DNA of 64,000 nucleotides from Desulfobacterales bacterium (GTDB lineage Bacteria; Desulfobacterota; Desulfobacteria; Desulfobacterales; JAIPEE01): NCBI GenBank assembly GCA_021737275.1, contig JAIPEE010000006.1, positions 13,664 to 77,663 of the forward strand, read 5' to 3'. Shown piece by piece: positions 54,224 to 64,000 of this stretch (position 1 is its first letter; each line of letters starts with the position of its first letter). The notes under the pieces were generated by a model. It saw only the letters and a program-made list of their open reading frames with translations, ran no database searches and was not told where the DNA came from. The position numbers and the translations under genes were made by a program.

Positions 54224-54948
54224 AGGCGGATTTTATAAAAACCGATACTTTTTTTAATGGTCGCATTAAGGTCAAACAGCACCTGAATGGATACCGATTT
54301 TCAATTGATGCTGTATTGCTCGCATGGTTTGCAGGACGGATTTCCGGAGAAAAAATTCTGGATCTTGGAACAGGGTGCGGTATCATTCCACTCATTATGG
54401 CCCATAGAAATCCGGATTCAACCATTTATGGGATTGAGGTCCAGGAAGCGCTTGCCAACGTTGCGTCAGAAAATATTTCAGAAAACAGTTTTGATAACCG
54501 TGTCACCATAATGTGCCGGGATATGAAATCGATTTCCCAAGAGCTTGTTTCCGGCCCGGTTGATCTGATTGTAACTAATCCGCCATACAGAAAGGCTGAA
54601 TCCGGTCGAATCAATCCTGATGATCAGAAAGCATGTGCCAGACATGAAATACTGATTTCCCTTGAGGATGTTATCAACACGGCGAGACGGATGCTGAGGG
54701 TTGCCGGGCGGCTTATTGCCATCTATCCGGCAGAGCGTCTTGCCGACATGATGTCATCTATGCGGCTTTCCGGAATTGAACCCAAGGTCTTGAGGATGGT
54801 TCATTCCCGACAGGATTCTGAGGCAAAGCTTGTTATCGTTGAAGGTGTGATGGAGGGGAAACCCGGTTTGAAGGTTTTTCCGCCGGTTATTATATATAAT
54901 GATGATGGCTCTTATACCGAAACAGTAGAAAGAATGTTTCAGCCATAA
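54220..54948 (+). CDS. tRNA1(Val) A37 N6-methyltransferase-like (TrmN6/YfiC family)
   Basis: GYRFSIDAVLL, DLGTGCG, NPPY, ARHE. Confidence 0.85.
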   Translation: MKADFIKTDTFFNGRIKVKQHLNGYRFSIDAVLLAWFAGRISGEKILDLGTGCGIIPLIMAHRNPDSTIYGIEVQEALANVASENISENSFDNRVTIMCRDMKSISQELVSGPVDLIVTNPPYRKAESGRINPDDQKACARHEILISLEDVINTARRMLRVAGRLIAIYPAERLADMMSSMRLSGIEPKVLRMVHSRQDSEAKLVIVEGVMEGKPGLKVFPPVIIYNDDGSYTETVERMFQP

Positions 54949-55009
54949 AAATTCCGAAGGAAGTACCCTTTTTTTTAATCTGATTTCAAACCGGAAGTTT
55001 TGCCTGAAA

Positions 55010-55062
55010 TTCTTAATCGTAATCCCTGAATATGAAATGCTAAGTAGGATTACGATTAAGAA
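55010..55062. repeat. 16-bp perfect inverted repeat between convergent genes (terminator-like)
   Basis: TTCTTAATCGTAATCC-N21-GGATTACGATTAAGAA. Confidence 0.7.
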
Positions 55063-55084
55063 AAAAAATAAAAACGGAGGGTGA

Positions 55085-56410
55085 TCAGGACAACTTATTT
55101 ATCACCTGACCCGTAATGACCTTGGGATAAAAATAGGTGGATTTTCTCGGCATGGTATATCCTGCTTCGGCCACCCGTTGAACCTGTTCCATCCGGGTTG
55201 AATTAAGAATAAAGGCAATTTTACTTTCACCGGAGGATATCTTGTCTATGGCCAGGTTGTCATCACTTACGAAATTGATCTGCTTTTTGTCATCAAGCAT
55301 TTCCTGGTCAAACCCGAGAATCTCTTTAAGGATCAGTCTTGTCAATACTGTTACATCCAGCTCCCTGAGTGATGCGTGAAGCTCGTTTCCAAACATTTCA
55401 TCCATGATACCCGGTTTTACCGTAAGCTGGTAAAAGGCTTTCGTATCTTTCATGAATACGCCAATAGTCGGGGTCGCTGATTTCATTCTCAGAGAAGTTA
55501 TAAATTCATCTCCGGCTGCATGCAGTTCACCCTCATTGAAACCGATCGTTGTGATATTAAAACAGGTTTCAGCTTTTTCAATAAAGGACTCAATCTTACT
55601 GTTATCAATTTCAGGAAGCAGGCGGTGTGCCGGCAGAATAATCATGCCGGGGTCTTCCATGCTGCAGAGATACATCATTATAAAATTGGCCGGATGATCA
55701 TCTGAAAAGTCATCGCTGTTATTTTTCAACCGGTCTCTGTAATTCAGAGCGGTTTCATACCGGTGGTGGCCGTCAGCAATATAGAGCCGTCTTTTTTCCA
55801 TGGCGGTTATGACCCTTGCCTGAACTTCTTTATCAACGATTTTCCAGAGCCGTTGTCTCAATCCATCGGTATCAACAAAATCCATGTCCGGATCATTTTC
55901 AAGTGCAGCCGCTTTCAGTGTCTCCAGAACATTTTCTTTGTCTGAATATATTGAGAAAATACAACTGAGGTTTGCTTTGCATGCCTGGATAAGGCCAAGC
56001 CGCTCTGATTTGACCTTTGAAAAGGTTGTCTCATGAGGCAGGATAACCCCCTTATCAAATGGTTCCAGGCCAACAGCAGCAATAAGTCCATAACGGGTAA
56101 ACGTTCGTCCGGCAGCTTCAAAATCTACGGCAGTCAGATAAAAGGCCGGTTCTTCATCACGAACAAGCACGCCATCTGAAAGCCAGTTGTTTAAATTAGC
56201 TGCTGCGCGGGTATGCGGGTTATCTGACTCAGAATCGGTGCTTTCAGCTCTGTTCAGGATCAGGCGGATGATATTTTGCGGATGGCGCTCATAAAAGTCG
56301 TCTCGCTCTTTACTGGAAATAACATCATATGGCGGTGTGGTCACACTGGCCATATCATCAATTTTATCCTTATTATATACGACTCCCTGAAAAGGGATTA
56401 TTTTTGCCAT
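55085..56410 (-). CDS. DUF1015 family protein
   Basis: PPYDVIS, PHE.T, IADGHHRYETA, MPRKSTYFYPK. Confidence 0.9.
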   Translation of the reverse strand: MAKIIPFQGVVYNKDKIDDMASVTTPPYDVISSKERDDFYERHPQNIIRLILNRAESTDSESDNPHTRAAANLNNWLSDGVLVRDEEPAFYLTAVDFEAAGRTFTRYGLIAAVGLEPFDKGVILPHETTFSKVKSERLGLIQACKANLSCIFSIYSDKENVLETLKAAALENDPDMDFVDTDGLRQRLWKIVDKEVQARVITAMEKRRLYIADGHHRYETALNYRDRLKNNSDDFSDDHPANFIMMYLCSMEDPGMIILPAHRLLPEIDNSKIESFIEKAETCFNITTIGFNEGELHAAGDEFITSLRMKSATPTIGVFMKDTKAFYQLTVKPGIMDEMFGNELHASLRELDVTVLTRLILKEILGFDQEMLDDKKQINFVSDDNLAIDKISSGESKIAFILNSTRMEQVQRVAEAGYTMPRKSTYFYPKVITGQVINKLS

Positions 56411-56669
56411 GAAGAAAATCCTTTTTTTCCGTTATGATTGAAGATCTGGCACCTGATACTATAAACTTCTATGATGTTCAAGATAAAAGGCCGTTGGTAC
56501 CCTGAATTAATTAAGGAAGTTAATGTTCCCGATTCTATGGTTTTGTATTATTTTGTAAATATATTTCATGAACAAATACTTTTTTGATATAAAAAATTCT
56601 TAAGAAGCTTATTGACAGAAAAGGGTAAAAATTATATTTGATCTTACTTTCTGTTGAAATGGAAGTACT

Positions 56670-56762
56670 GGAGAGGTGGCCGAGCGGCTGAAGGCCCCGC
56701 TCTCGAAAAGCGGTATCCTGCCAAAAGCGGGATCGTGGGTTCGAATCCCACCCTCTCCGCCA
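56670..56762 (+). tRNA. tRNA-Ser(CGA)
   Basis: GGAGAGG..CCGCT-CTCGAAA-AGCGG, long variable arm, GGTTCGAATCC, CCA end. Confidence 0.95.
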
Positions 56763-56845
56763 TATATTACAAGCTCCGGCTGTAATAATATGCAGGACTT
56801 AAAAGCCTGTAAAATGCGGAGAAAAATTCAGGTCTTTAAAAATAC

Positions 56846-56939
56846 GGAGAGATGACCGAGCTGGCTGAAGGTGCACGACTGGAAATCGTGTGTGTCGTTT
56901 ATAGCGGCACCGAGGGTTCGAATCCCTCTCTCTCCGCCA
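56846..56939 (+). tRNA. tRNA-Ser(GGA)
   Basis: GGAGAGA..CACGA-CTGGAAA-TCGTG, long variable arm, CCA end. Confidence 0.95.
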
Positions 56940-56971
56940 TTTCTTGAAAGATTTTACAGGAAGCTTTTGAA

Positions 56972-58690
56972 ATGTCCTATCTCGTTCTTGCACGTAAATA
57001 CAGATCACAAAACTTTGATCAGGTTGTTCAACAAGAGCACGTTACCCGAACGCTTACCAACGCCATTAAGTCCGATCGGGTTGCCCATGCCATTTTGTTT
57101 TCCGGCCCCAGGGGTACCGGTAAGACGACAATAGCGCGAATATTGGCCAAGTCCATGAATTGCAAGGAGGGCCCGACACCTGTGCCTTGCAATGTCTGTA
57201 GCTCATGCAAAGAAATTACATCCGGCAGTGCGGTGGATGTGTTTGAAATTGACGGTGCATCAAATAATGGTGTTGACCAGGTCCGGGAGCTTCGTGGAAA
57301 TGTTAAATATAAACCCGCACACAGTCCATACAAGATATATATAATTGATGAAGTTCATATGTTAAGCATTGCCGCGTTTAATGCGCTGCTTAAGACGCTT
57401 GAAGAGCCTCCGCCGCATATTATGTTCATGTTTGCCACAACGGAGCCTAGAAAGATCCCGATTACCATTCTTTCACGGTGCCAGCGTCATGATCTCAGGC
57501 GGATAACGCTTGAAGGCATTGCGAAACATATGGCTTCAATATGTGAAAACGAAGGCATAAAAATTGATTACGACAGTCTTTGTCTCGTTGCGCGTGAGGC
57601 CGGCGGCAGTATGCGTGATGCATTAAGCCTTCTGGATCAGTTGATTGTAACCTCTAACGGCATCGTCGATGCCGCACAGGTGCCGGATTTGCTGGGCACC
57701 ATTGACCGAAAATATATGATAGGCCTTTTCAGGTATGTCATAGAAAATGATGTGCCGGCCATATTTAATATGCTGGATGAGATATATAGCCGTGGTCATG
57801 ATATGAAGCAGTTTTATGCTGATCTGATTGAGCATTTCAGGAATTTGCTGGTTATTAAAATGGGGAGCCGGGTCTCACAGCTGGTGGATCTTCCTGAGCA
57901 GGAAGTTGAAATTCTCGCCGGACAAGTTAGGACTGTTTCTTCATCATGGCTGACACAGATTTTTGATATGCTTTCAAAAGAAGAGAGCGGTGTCCGGTTT
58001 GCAGCAGAGCCCAAACTGGCCATTGAAATTATCATGCTGAGGCTGTTACAGCTCAAACCGACACTTCCCATTGAAACCCTTATCGAAAAGCTTAATGATT
58101 TGAAACATGACCTGGGTGATGAGGACGGTTCCGTTGTTTATGAGACTCGGGCAACATTTAAACCCGTAAATGAAAAAAAAGCCATTGAAGCACCTCCGGC
58201 AATTTCTGATCCGACAGCAAGTATGCCCGTACGGCCTATGCAGCAGGTAACACCGGGCGAGACGCAAGATGTCATGGCCGGTGAGACGGGGGAAGCCTTA
58301 CTAAAAAATCCTGAACTGGCATGGGAACGGCTATTTAATACCATCATAAAAAAATCACAACCGTTAGGTGCCGTGCTGACAAAGTGTTCACTTAAACATA
58401 TAGATGAAAAAGAGCTTATCCTCGATTTTTCAGGCAATGATTATTCCCTGGGGATGCTTAAACGCAAGAAAAATATGGATATTATTAAAAAGATATGTGA
58501 GCAGTTGTTTGGTCGAATTTTAATAGTTACAATAAGTGCCAAAGATGTTAAAAAGAACGATAAAAAGAACATTCGGGAAACGATTAACCGGATGAAAGAA
58601 AATGCACTTAATCATCCGATGGTTGCTGAAGCAGTTGATGTTTTTCAGGGAAAAATAGTGGATGTTAAGATTTTACAGGAGGATTTATAA
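56972..58690 (+). CDS. dnaX: DNA polymerase III subunit gamma/tau
   Basis: LARKYR, GPRGTGKTT, IIDEVHML, LKTLEEPP, SRCQ. Confidence 0.97.
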   Translation: MSYLVLARKYRSQNFDQVVQQEHVTRTLTNAIKSDRVAHAILFSGPRGTGKTTIARILAKSMNCKEGPTPVPCNVCSSCKEITSGSAVDVFEIDGASNNGVDQVRELRGNVKYKPAHSPYKIYIIDEVHMLSIAAFNALLKTLEEPPPHIMFMFATTEPRKIPITILSRCQRHDLRRITLEGIAKHMASICENEGIKIDYDSLCLVAREAGGSMRDALSLLDQLIVTSNGIVDAAQVPDLLGTIDRKYMIGLFRYVIENDVPAIFNMLDEIYSRGHDMKQFYADLIEHFRNLLVIKMGSRVSQLVDLPEQEVEILAGQVRTVSSSWLTQIFDMLSKEESGVRFAAEPKLAIEIIMLRLLQLKPTLPIETLIEKLNDLKHDLGDEDGSVVYETRATFKPVNEKKAIEAPPAISDPTASMPVRPMQQVTPGETQDVMAGETGEALLKNPELAWERLFNTIIKKSQPLGAVLTKCSLKHIDEKELILDFSGNDYSLGMLKRKKNMDIIKKICEQLFGRILIVTISAKDVKKNDKKNIRETINRMKENALNHPMVAEAVDVFQGKIVDVKILQEDL

Positions 58691-59002
58691 ATGAAAAGTA
58701 TGGGAAACATGATGAAGCAAGCTCAGAAGCTTCAGTCCAAAATGATGAAAATGCAGGATGAACTTGCTGAAAAAACAGTTGAAACTTCATCCGGCGGCGG
58801 TATGGTTAAAGTTGTTGCCAATGGGAAACAGCAGATTGTATCCCTTGAGATAGAAAAAGAAGTTGTAGATCCTGAAGATGTTGAAATGTTGCAGGATCTT
58901 GTGCTTGCCGCAGTGAACGATGCGCTTGTAAAATCACAGGAGATGGTTAATGCAGAGATGGGTAAGCTGACCGGTGGGCTTAATATCCCGGGTTTGATGT
59001 AA
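58691..59002 (+). CDS. ybaB: YbaB/EbfC nucleoid-associated protein
   Basis: [23 protein letters not shown]; dnaX-ybaB-recR synteny. Confidence 0.95.
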   Translation: MKSMGNMMKQAQKLQSKMMKMQDELAEKTVETSSGGGMVKVVANGKQQIVSLEIEKEVVDPEDVEMLQDLVLAAVNDALVKSQEMVNAEMGKLTGGLNIPGLM

Positions 59003-59027
59003 GAGCTGTTTAGGCTCTGGAAAATTA

Positions 59028-59630
59028 ATGATGAACCATTATCCTTCCTCACTTAAAAATCTGATTAAAAACTTTGCCAGGCTGCCCGGAATCGGTCAAA
59101 AAACTGCCGAGCGTCTGGCAATGCATGTTTTGAGAGCGCCTGAATCAGAGGCACGTCAGCTTGCTGAAAGCCTTGTGGCATTAAAGGGCAGTATAAAACT
59201 TTGCACCCGATGTTTTGCTTTAAGTGACAGTGATGTATGCCATATCTGTGACGATCCGGCAAGAGATGCCACTATTGTTTGTGTGGTTGAGCAACCGGCC
59301 GATATGGCGGCAATAGAAAAATCCGGCGCATTTAAAGGTTGTTATCATATTTTGCAGGGTGTTTTATCACCCATGGATGGTATCGGCCCCGATAAGATTC
59401 GCATCAGTGAACTTGTAAAACGGGCTAAAGACGGCGCGGTAAAGGAAATCATTCTGGCCACAAGTACCAGTGTAGAGGGTGAGGCAACGGCGTCTTATCT
59501 TTCAAATATTCTTGAAAAACATCCGGTAGAAGTAACCCGTATTGCCTCCGGCGTACCGATTGGCGGAGACTTGAAATATGTTGATCAGGTTACATTAAAA
59601 AGGGCGATGGAGAATAGAAATGCCGTTTAA
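59028..59630 (+). CDS. recR: Recombination mediator RecR
   Basis: LPGIGQKTAERLA, C4 zinc finger, EGEATA. Confidence 0.97.
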   Translation: MMNHYPSSLKNLIKNFARLPGIGQKTAERLAMHVLRAPESEARQLAESLVALKGSIKLCTRCFALSDSDVCHICDDPARDATIVCVVEQPADMAAIEKSGAFKGCYHILQGVLSPMDGIGPDKIRISELVKRAKDGAVKEIILATSTSVEGEATASYLSNILEKHPVEVTRIASGVPIGGDLKYVDQVTLKRAMENRNAV

Positions 59631-60036
59631 CAATGTGACATCTTCAGATATCTTTAAATGTATGCAGTGCGGAGAGTGTTGCAAGGGTTATGGCGGCACC
59701 TATGTTTCAGATGCCGATATTCGTGCCATTGCCGACTATATAAACAAGTCGCCGGAAGTTGTCCGTGCCGGGTACTGTCAGCTATCCGGCAAAAAGCTGT
59801 TAATACGGCAAAAAGAAGACGGATTTTGTATTTTTTTTGATAAACTGTGTACCATTCATCCGGTAAAACCACGAATGTGCAGGGCATGGCCCTATATAAA
59901 AAGTGTGGTAGCCGATGTAAATAATTGGCATATCATGTCTTCAATGTGCCCGGGCATTCAAACCCATTTTCCGGATGATGTTATTGTCCGATGTGTTTCT
60001 GAAGAGATCGATAAGCTTGATAATAAACGAAAATAA
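59620..60036 (+). CDS. YkgJ family cysteine cluster protein
   Basis: CMQCGECC..CIFF..CTIHPVKP.MCR.WP. Confidence 0.85.
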   Translation: MPFNNVTSSDIFKCMQCGECCKGYGGTYVSDADIRAIADYINKSPEVVRAGYCQLSGKKLLIRQKEDGFCIFFDKLCTIHPVKPRMCRAWPYIKSVVADVNNWHIMSSMCPGIQTHFPDDVIVRCVSEEIDKLDNKRK

Positions 60037-60060
60037 TAAAATTGAAACCGGCAGATATAT

Positions 60061-60846
60061 ATGATCGGAATATTTGACTCAGGTGTAGGCGGACTGACGG
60101 TTGTACGAGCCATTATGTCTTATCTGCCCGAATATGACATTACATATTTTGGAGATACGGCCAGAACGCCATATGGTACCAAAAGTGCTGAAACCGTTGC
60201 CGGATATACCATCGAAAATATCGATTTTCTAATCAGTAAGGGTGCAAAAATTATTATTGTAGCCTGTAATACTGCTTCCAGTATTGCGACTGAATATGTA
60301 AACGGTAAATATGATGTGCCGATTTTTGAAGTAATTACCCCGGCTGTTGAAATGGCAACTGCAGTTTCAAAAAATTCTGCAATCGGAATTATAGGTACCC
60401 GTGCAACAATACGAAGCGGCATATACAAAAAGAAAATCGTAAAAATCAATCCGGCTGCAAAAGTATATTCGGAGCCATGTCCGCTCCTGGTGTCACTCGT
60501 TGAAGAGGGCTGGTTAAAAAAACCGGAGACGGCCATGATTGTTAAAAAATATCTGCACCCCCTCAAGGTTCGTCAGATTGATACCATTATCCTGGGGTGC
60601 ACCCACTATCCCATGCTCAAAGATGTTATCCAAAGAAAGATCGGAAAACGGGTCAATATTATTGATTCATCTCTTGCCGTGGCCGATAAGGTTAAAACCT
60701 TTCTTAAAAACAGACCGGAAATTGAAGCATCACTTACAAAAAACGATACATCCAGGATCTTTGTTTCAGATGTGACAGATCAATTTGAACAGGCCGCCAG
60801 ATATATTCTGAATAGAAAAGTTCTTCTTGAACATGTTCGCCGCTAA
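60061..60846 (+). CDS. murI: Glutamate racemase
   Basis: IFDSGVGGLTV, ACNTAS, LGCTHYP. Confidence 0.97.
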   Translation: MIGIFDSGVGGLTVVRAIMSYLPEYDITYFGDTARTPYGTKSAETVAGYTIENIDFLISKGAKIIIVACNTASSIATEYVNGKYDVPIFEVITPAVEMATAVSKNSAIGIIGTRATIRSGIYKKKIVKINPAAKVYSEPCPLLVSLVEEGWLKKPETAMIVKKYLHPLKVRQIDTIILGCTHYPMLKDVIQRKIGKRVNIIDSSLAVADKVKTFLKNRPEIEASLTKNDTSRIFVSDVTDQFEQAARYILNRKVLLEHVRR

Positions 60847-60941
60847 TCATATTTTGTTAAATTTCCATCAATTCTTCAATATTTCAACCTTCCTGTTCCG
60901 ATATCCGGTTCCCTTCTAATAAATAGAGAATTGTCTCCCTG

Positions 60942-60970
60942 TTGACAGAAAAGTCTGGAAATTGTATAAA
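60942..60970 (+). promoter_or_regulatory. Sigma70-type promoter for the diguanylate cyclase gene
   Basis: TTGACA-N17-TATAAA. Confidence 0.55.
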
Positions 60971-61124
60971 AATTAAATACTTTTGGGGTTATGCTATCTG
61001 CCGGAGCGGGGTAATTTTAAATTATAACAGACTGAAGTTCGTTGACGCATGCTATAATAGTTTTTTGCTGCAACAACACCTGGAACATCTTCTGCAAACT
61101 GTTTCGTTAACATATTGTCTAAAT

Positions 61125-63998
61125 ATGAATAATAAACCGGTTCAAAATATCAAAATTGAAGATACCCCGGTGGTCAGCTTTTCTGCTGATGAGGCTGAGC
61201 TTTACCTGGGTGTTTCAAGGCAGCAGCTTCAGGACTGGTCAGACCGGGGCTTGATTCGATATGAACAGACCGCAAAAGGAAACCGCCGTTATTCCAAAAA
61301 TGAGATGGATCGTTTTGTCAAATGGCATGGCTATGGTGCCGGTAACGGTGATGTCTACAGCAAGGTCAATAAAATGCGGCTTTTTGCCGACCTGTCTGAA
61401 AAGATGCTCGAAAAGATGAACCCGGAAGAGGCTATTAAACTGATCTTTCTTGAAATGATGAATTCTACGGGTTGTACAACGGCATCTATTTCGCTTTTTG
61501 ATGAGGTTTCAAATTCACTCACTACTATGATTGAGTTTAATATAGACGGTACTGAAATGATTTCAGAAGATCCATATTTTCTTCATGAATACCCGGCATC
61601 CGAACGCGTAATAAGAAAACAGGAACGACAATTGATAAATATATCTGATCAAAAGTCTGACAGTGCGGAGCGTGATCTGTTGGAACGATTTGGAGAAAAA
61701 AGTGTTCTGATATTGCCGCTTGTTTATAATAAAATGTCATTGGGTGTTGTAGAGCTGTTTGATACATTCCATGAACGTAATTATTTACCTGAAGAGCTTG
61801 CTTTTCTTGATGAAATGTGTGGCCTGATAGCGCTTTCCATTAATAAAACCCAAAATGTTAAACGAATAGAAACCCGTAACCGGGTAATACGCTTGTTCTT
61901 AAATACGGCTGATTTAATGGCATCAGCCATGGATCTTGAGACATCGCTTTCAATTTTTGTTCAAAATATTACGGAAGTATTTAATGCTTCATGGTCGGAG
62001 CTTTATACGTATCATAGAGACAGGGAAGAGTTTAAAAGAGTTGCTTATTATCAGATACCGGAAATTGAAAAGATAATGCCGCTCACAGGCATTGCCGTCA
62101 GATTGCCGGATGATAAACTGCTTTCCAATTGTCTGAAATCACGAGAATCCGCAACATATTATCTTGATGATCCGGAATTGGAACAGCTGCTTATTGAACG
62201 ATTAACAGAGAGAAAAGAAAAAGCCGTTCTGATTGTACCTCTAATTTATGGTGAGACAGATATAGGAATATTAAAAGTAGTAGAAAGTCGCTACTTGAAA
62301 AGATTTACCGAAGGGGACAGACGGCTGGTTTCTGCAGCAGCAAAGCATGCTGCAGTAGTGATCTACAACATGCAGCTTCTTAATGAAACAAAGCAACGTA
62401 ATGCCGAGTTGTCAACCGTTCTTGATGTTGCGGAGACAGTGACCTCAACGGTGGATATACAAAGTGTTTTAAAATCTCTTTCTGAAAAACTTTGTGAAGT
62501 AATTAATGTTTTTTCTACCGAGATTTACTATTTCAACCAAAACCGGCAACAATTTGAGCGTGTTGCTGAAACGGCAGACACCAAAACGGGTGAAAGCCGG
62601 ACCGGTATCTACAAGGCAGGTGATGTGCCTGAATTCGATCGGTGCATCAATAAAAAAACACCTGTATCTTCTTATATAGATGATCCGGCTCTTGATAAAA
62701 AAACCCGTCAGGAGATGATACGGTGGGGTGAAAAATCGAACCTTTGTGTGCCGATGTTTTACAAAAATCAGATCATTGGCATTACCTGTTTAACAGAGGT
62801 TGGCTTTATAAGACGTTTTTCCGAAGCAGATATTCGGCTGGTATCAGGAATTGTTGCCCAGGGTGCAGCAGCTATAGAAAATGCACAAGCCTATACCCGT
62901 GAACAGACCGAGCGAGCCAGACTTGTAAAACTCAATAAACGGCTTAGTGCACTGGTTGAACTTTCAGGACAGATGCGCGGCTTGATAAGCCAGGATCATC
63001 TGATTTCAATTCTGGCACGGGTGATGTCCGAAGCAATGGAATTCAGGCGTTGGATTGCTTATATATTTGATCCGGATAAACTCTCTTTTCAAATTGCAGC
63101 GACCTATGGCAGCAGTAATGCTGCCAAATTAAAAAATTCGAATCATGTTATTCCAACTGCTATTTTTGAAGGTCTTATTTCAGATGCGACCATGATTTCG
63201 CACTCCTATTTTATAGATCATATGAATCACACATGGGATGATGATGAACGGTTTCATATTCCCATGGAAAATCTGACGCCCATGGGAGATAGTGAGTGGC
63301 ATCATGATGATTTACTGATTATTCCCATGATTGGCGAAAAGGGACAGCTGCTGGGATATATTGCGGCATATGACCCGGCAGATAAAAAACGGCCTACCCA
63401 TGAAATTGTAAGACTTATGGAGGTTTTCACGGGTAAGATAGCCAGTTCAATCGAACTTGAAAGACTGCATGAACAGCTTTCCAGGCAGGCGGTTACAGAT
63501 GGTCTGACCGGTCTTTTTAATCACAGATTCCTGCATGAAAGAATTGTTGAAGAAGCTGCAAAGGCCGAAAGATATCAGACACCACTTTCGGTATTAATGA
63601 TCGACCTTGATAATTTTAAAAAATATAATGATACTTACGGCCATCCGCAGGGCGATAAACTTCTTAAGGGCATTACCCGGATACTGCTGGCCGGAACTCG
63701 TTTAAAGGTTGATGTTGTTGCACGATATGGCGGTGAGGAGTTTTTTATTATTCTTCCGAGTACACCTGCCGACGAAGCAATGGTTATTGCAGAACGTTTG
63801 CGCATCAGCACTGAACATCAGCTATTCGAGGGGAATCCCGGGCAATATGATGTAAAGATAACACTCAGTATCGGTATCGCAACACTGCCGGATCATACTG
63901 AAACCGCATCAGGCCTGGTCTCAAAAAGTGACAAGGCGCTTTATGAGGCAAAAGAGACAGGCAAAAACCGTGTTTGCCTATATGGCGCCGGCGCCTGA
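61125..63998 (+). CDS. Diguanylate cyclase with N-terminal excisionase/MerR-like HTH and about four GAF domains
   Basis: EAELYLGVSRQQLQDW..GNRRY HTH; repeated GAF patterns; DGLTGLFN, DLDNFK.YND.YGH, RYGGEEF; start codon uncertain. Confidence 0.88.
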   Translation: MNNKPVQNIKIEDTPVVSFSADEAELYLGVSRQQLQDWSDRGLIRYEQTAKGNRRYSKNEMDRFVKWHGYGAGNGDVYSKVNKMRLFADLSEKMLEKMNPEEAIKLIFLEMMNSTGCTTASISLFDEVSNSLTTMIEFNIDGTEMISEDPYFLHEYPASERVIRKQERQLINISDQKSDSAERDLLERFGEKSVLILPLVYNKMSLGVVELFDTFHERNYLPEELAFLDEMCGLIALSINKTQNVKRIETRNRVIRLFLNTADLMASAMDLETSLSIFVQNITEVFNASWSELYTYHRDREEFKRVAYYQIPEIEKIMPLTGIAVRLPDDKLLSNCLKSRESATYYLDDPELEQLLIERLTERKEKAVLIVPLIYGETDIGILKVVESRYLKRFTEGDRRLVSAAAKHAAVVIYNMQLLNETKQRNAELSTVLDVAETVTSTVDIQSVLKSLSEKLCEVINVFSTEIYYFNQNRQQFERVAETADTKTGESRTGIYKAGDVPEFDRCINKKTPVSSYIDDPALDKKTRQEMIRWGEKSNLCVPMFYKNQIIGITCLTEVGFIRRFSEADIRLVSGIVAQGAAAIENAQAYTREQTERARLVKLNKRLSALVELSGQMRGLISQDHLISILARVMSEAMEFRRWIAYIFDPDKLSFQIAATYGSSNAAKLKNSNHVIPTAIFEGLISDATMISHSYFIDHMNHTWDDDERFHIPMENLTPMGDSEWHHDDLLIIPMIGEKGQLLGYIAAYDPADKKRPTHEIVRLMEVFTGKIASSIELERLHEQLSRQAVTDGLTGLFNHRFLHERIVEEAAKAERYQTPLSVLMIDLDNFKKYNDTYGHPQGDKLLKGITRILLAGTRLKVDVVARYGGEEFFIILPSTPADEAMVIAERLRISTEHQLFEGNPGQYDVKITLSIGIATLPDHTETASGLVSKSDKALYEAKETGKNRVCLYGAGA

Positions 63999-64000
63999 GC

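Noticed and set aside
56763-56971. SRP RNA (ffs), often found between tRNA-Ser and dnaX
   Set aside because: No SRP helix-8 motif and too little space
60942-61124. 61-aa N-terminal extension of the diguanylate cyclase in the ORF track
   Set aside because: The TTG is part of a TTGACA -35 box; the extension looks non-coding

Overview
AT-rich chromosomal window from a bacterium whose gene content and order suggest a sulfate-reducing Desulfobacterota (Desulfobacterales-like; inferred, not database-checked). Most of it is housekeeping: end of an Mrp-type antiporter cluster, panC-metK, sahR-ahcY, an Mla/MCE-type ABC module, AOR plus class II aldolase, folC, rpsU, adk, a tRNA nucleotidyltransferase, coaE, rho, rpmE, prfA-prmC, rpsB-tsf-pyrH-frr-uppS-cdsA-dxr-rseP-purL-purQ, groSL, hflKC, three tRNAs and dnaX-ybaB-recR-murI. 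The accessory block (~17.0-26.3 kb) abuts the 3' end of tRNA-Arg(CCG). It holds (i) a four-gene minus-strand cluster built around a 1246-aa membrane protein with a repeated beta-rich region and a C-terminal papain/transglutaminase-like Cys-His-Asp domain, flanked by two zinc-ribbon proteins, and (ii) an MFS/Npt1-HEAT-cNMP-PilZ fusion. Other points of interest: an HTH-4xGAF-GGDEF protein, a candidate dnaX frameshift site, a probable ATT start for panC and a degenerate Mla ATPase. All calls come from motif recognition by eye; no searches were run.
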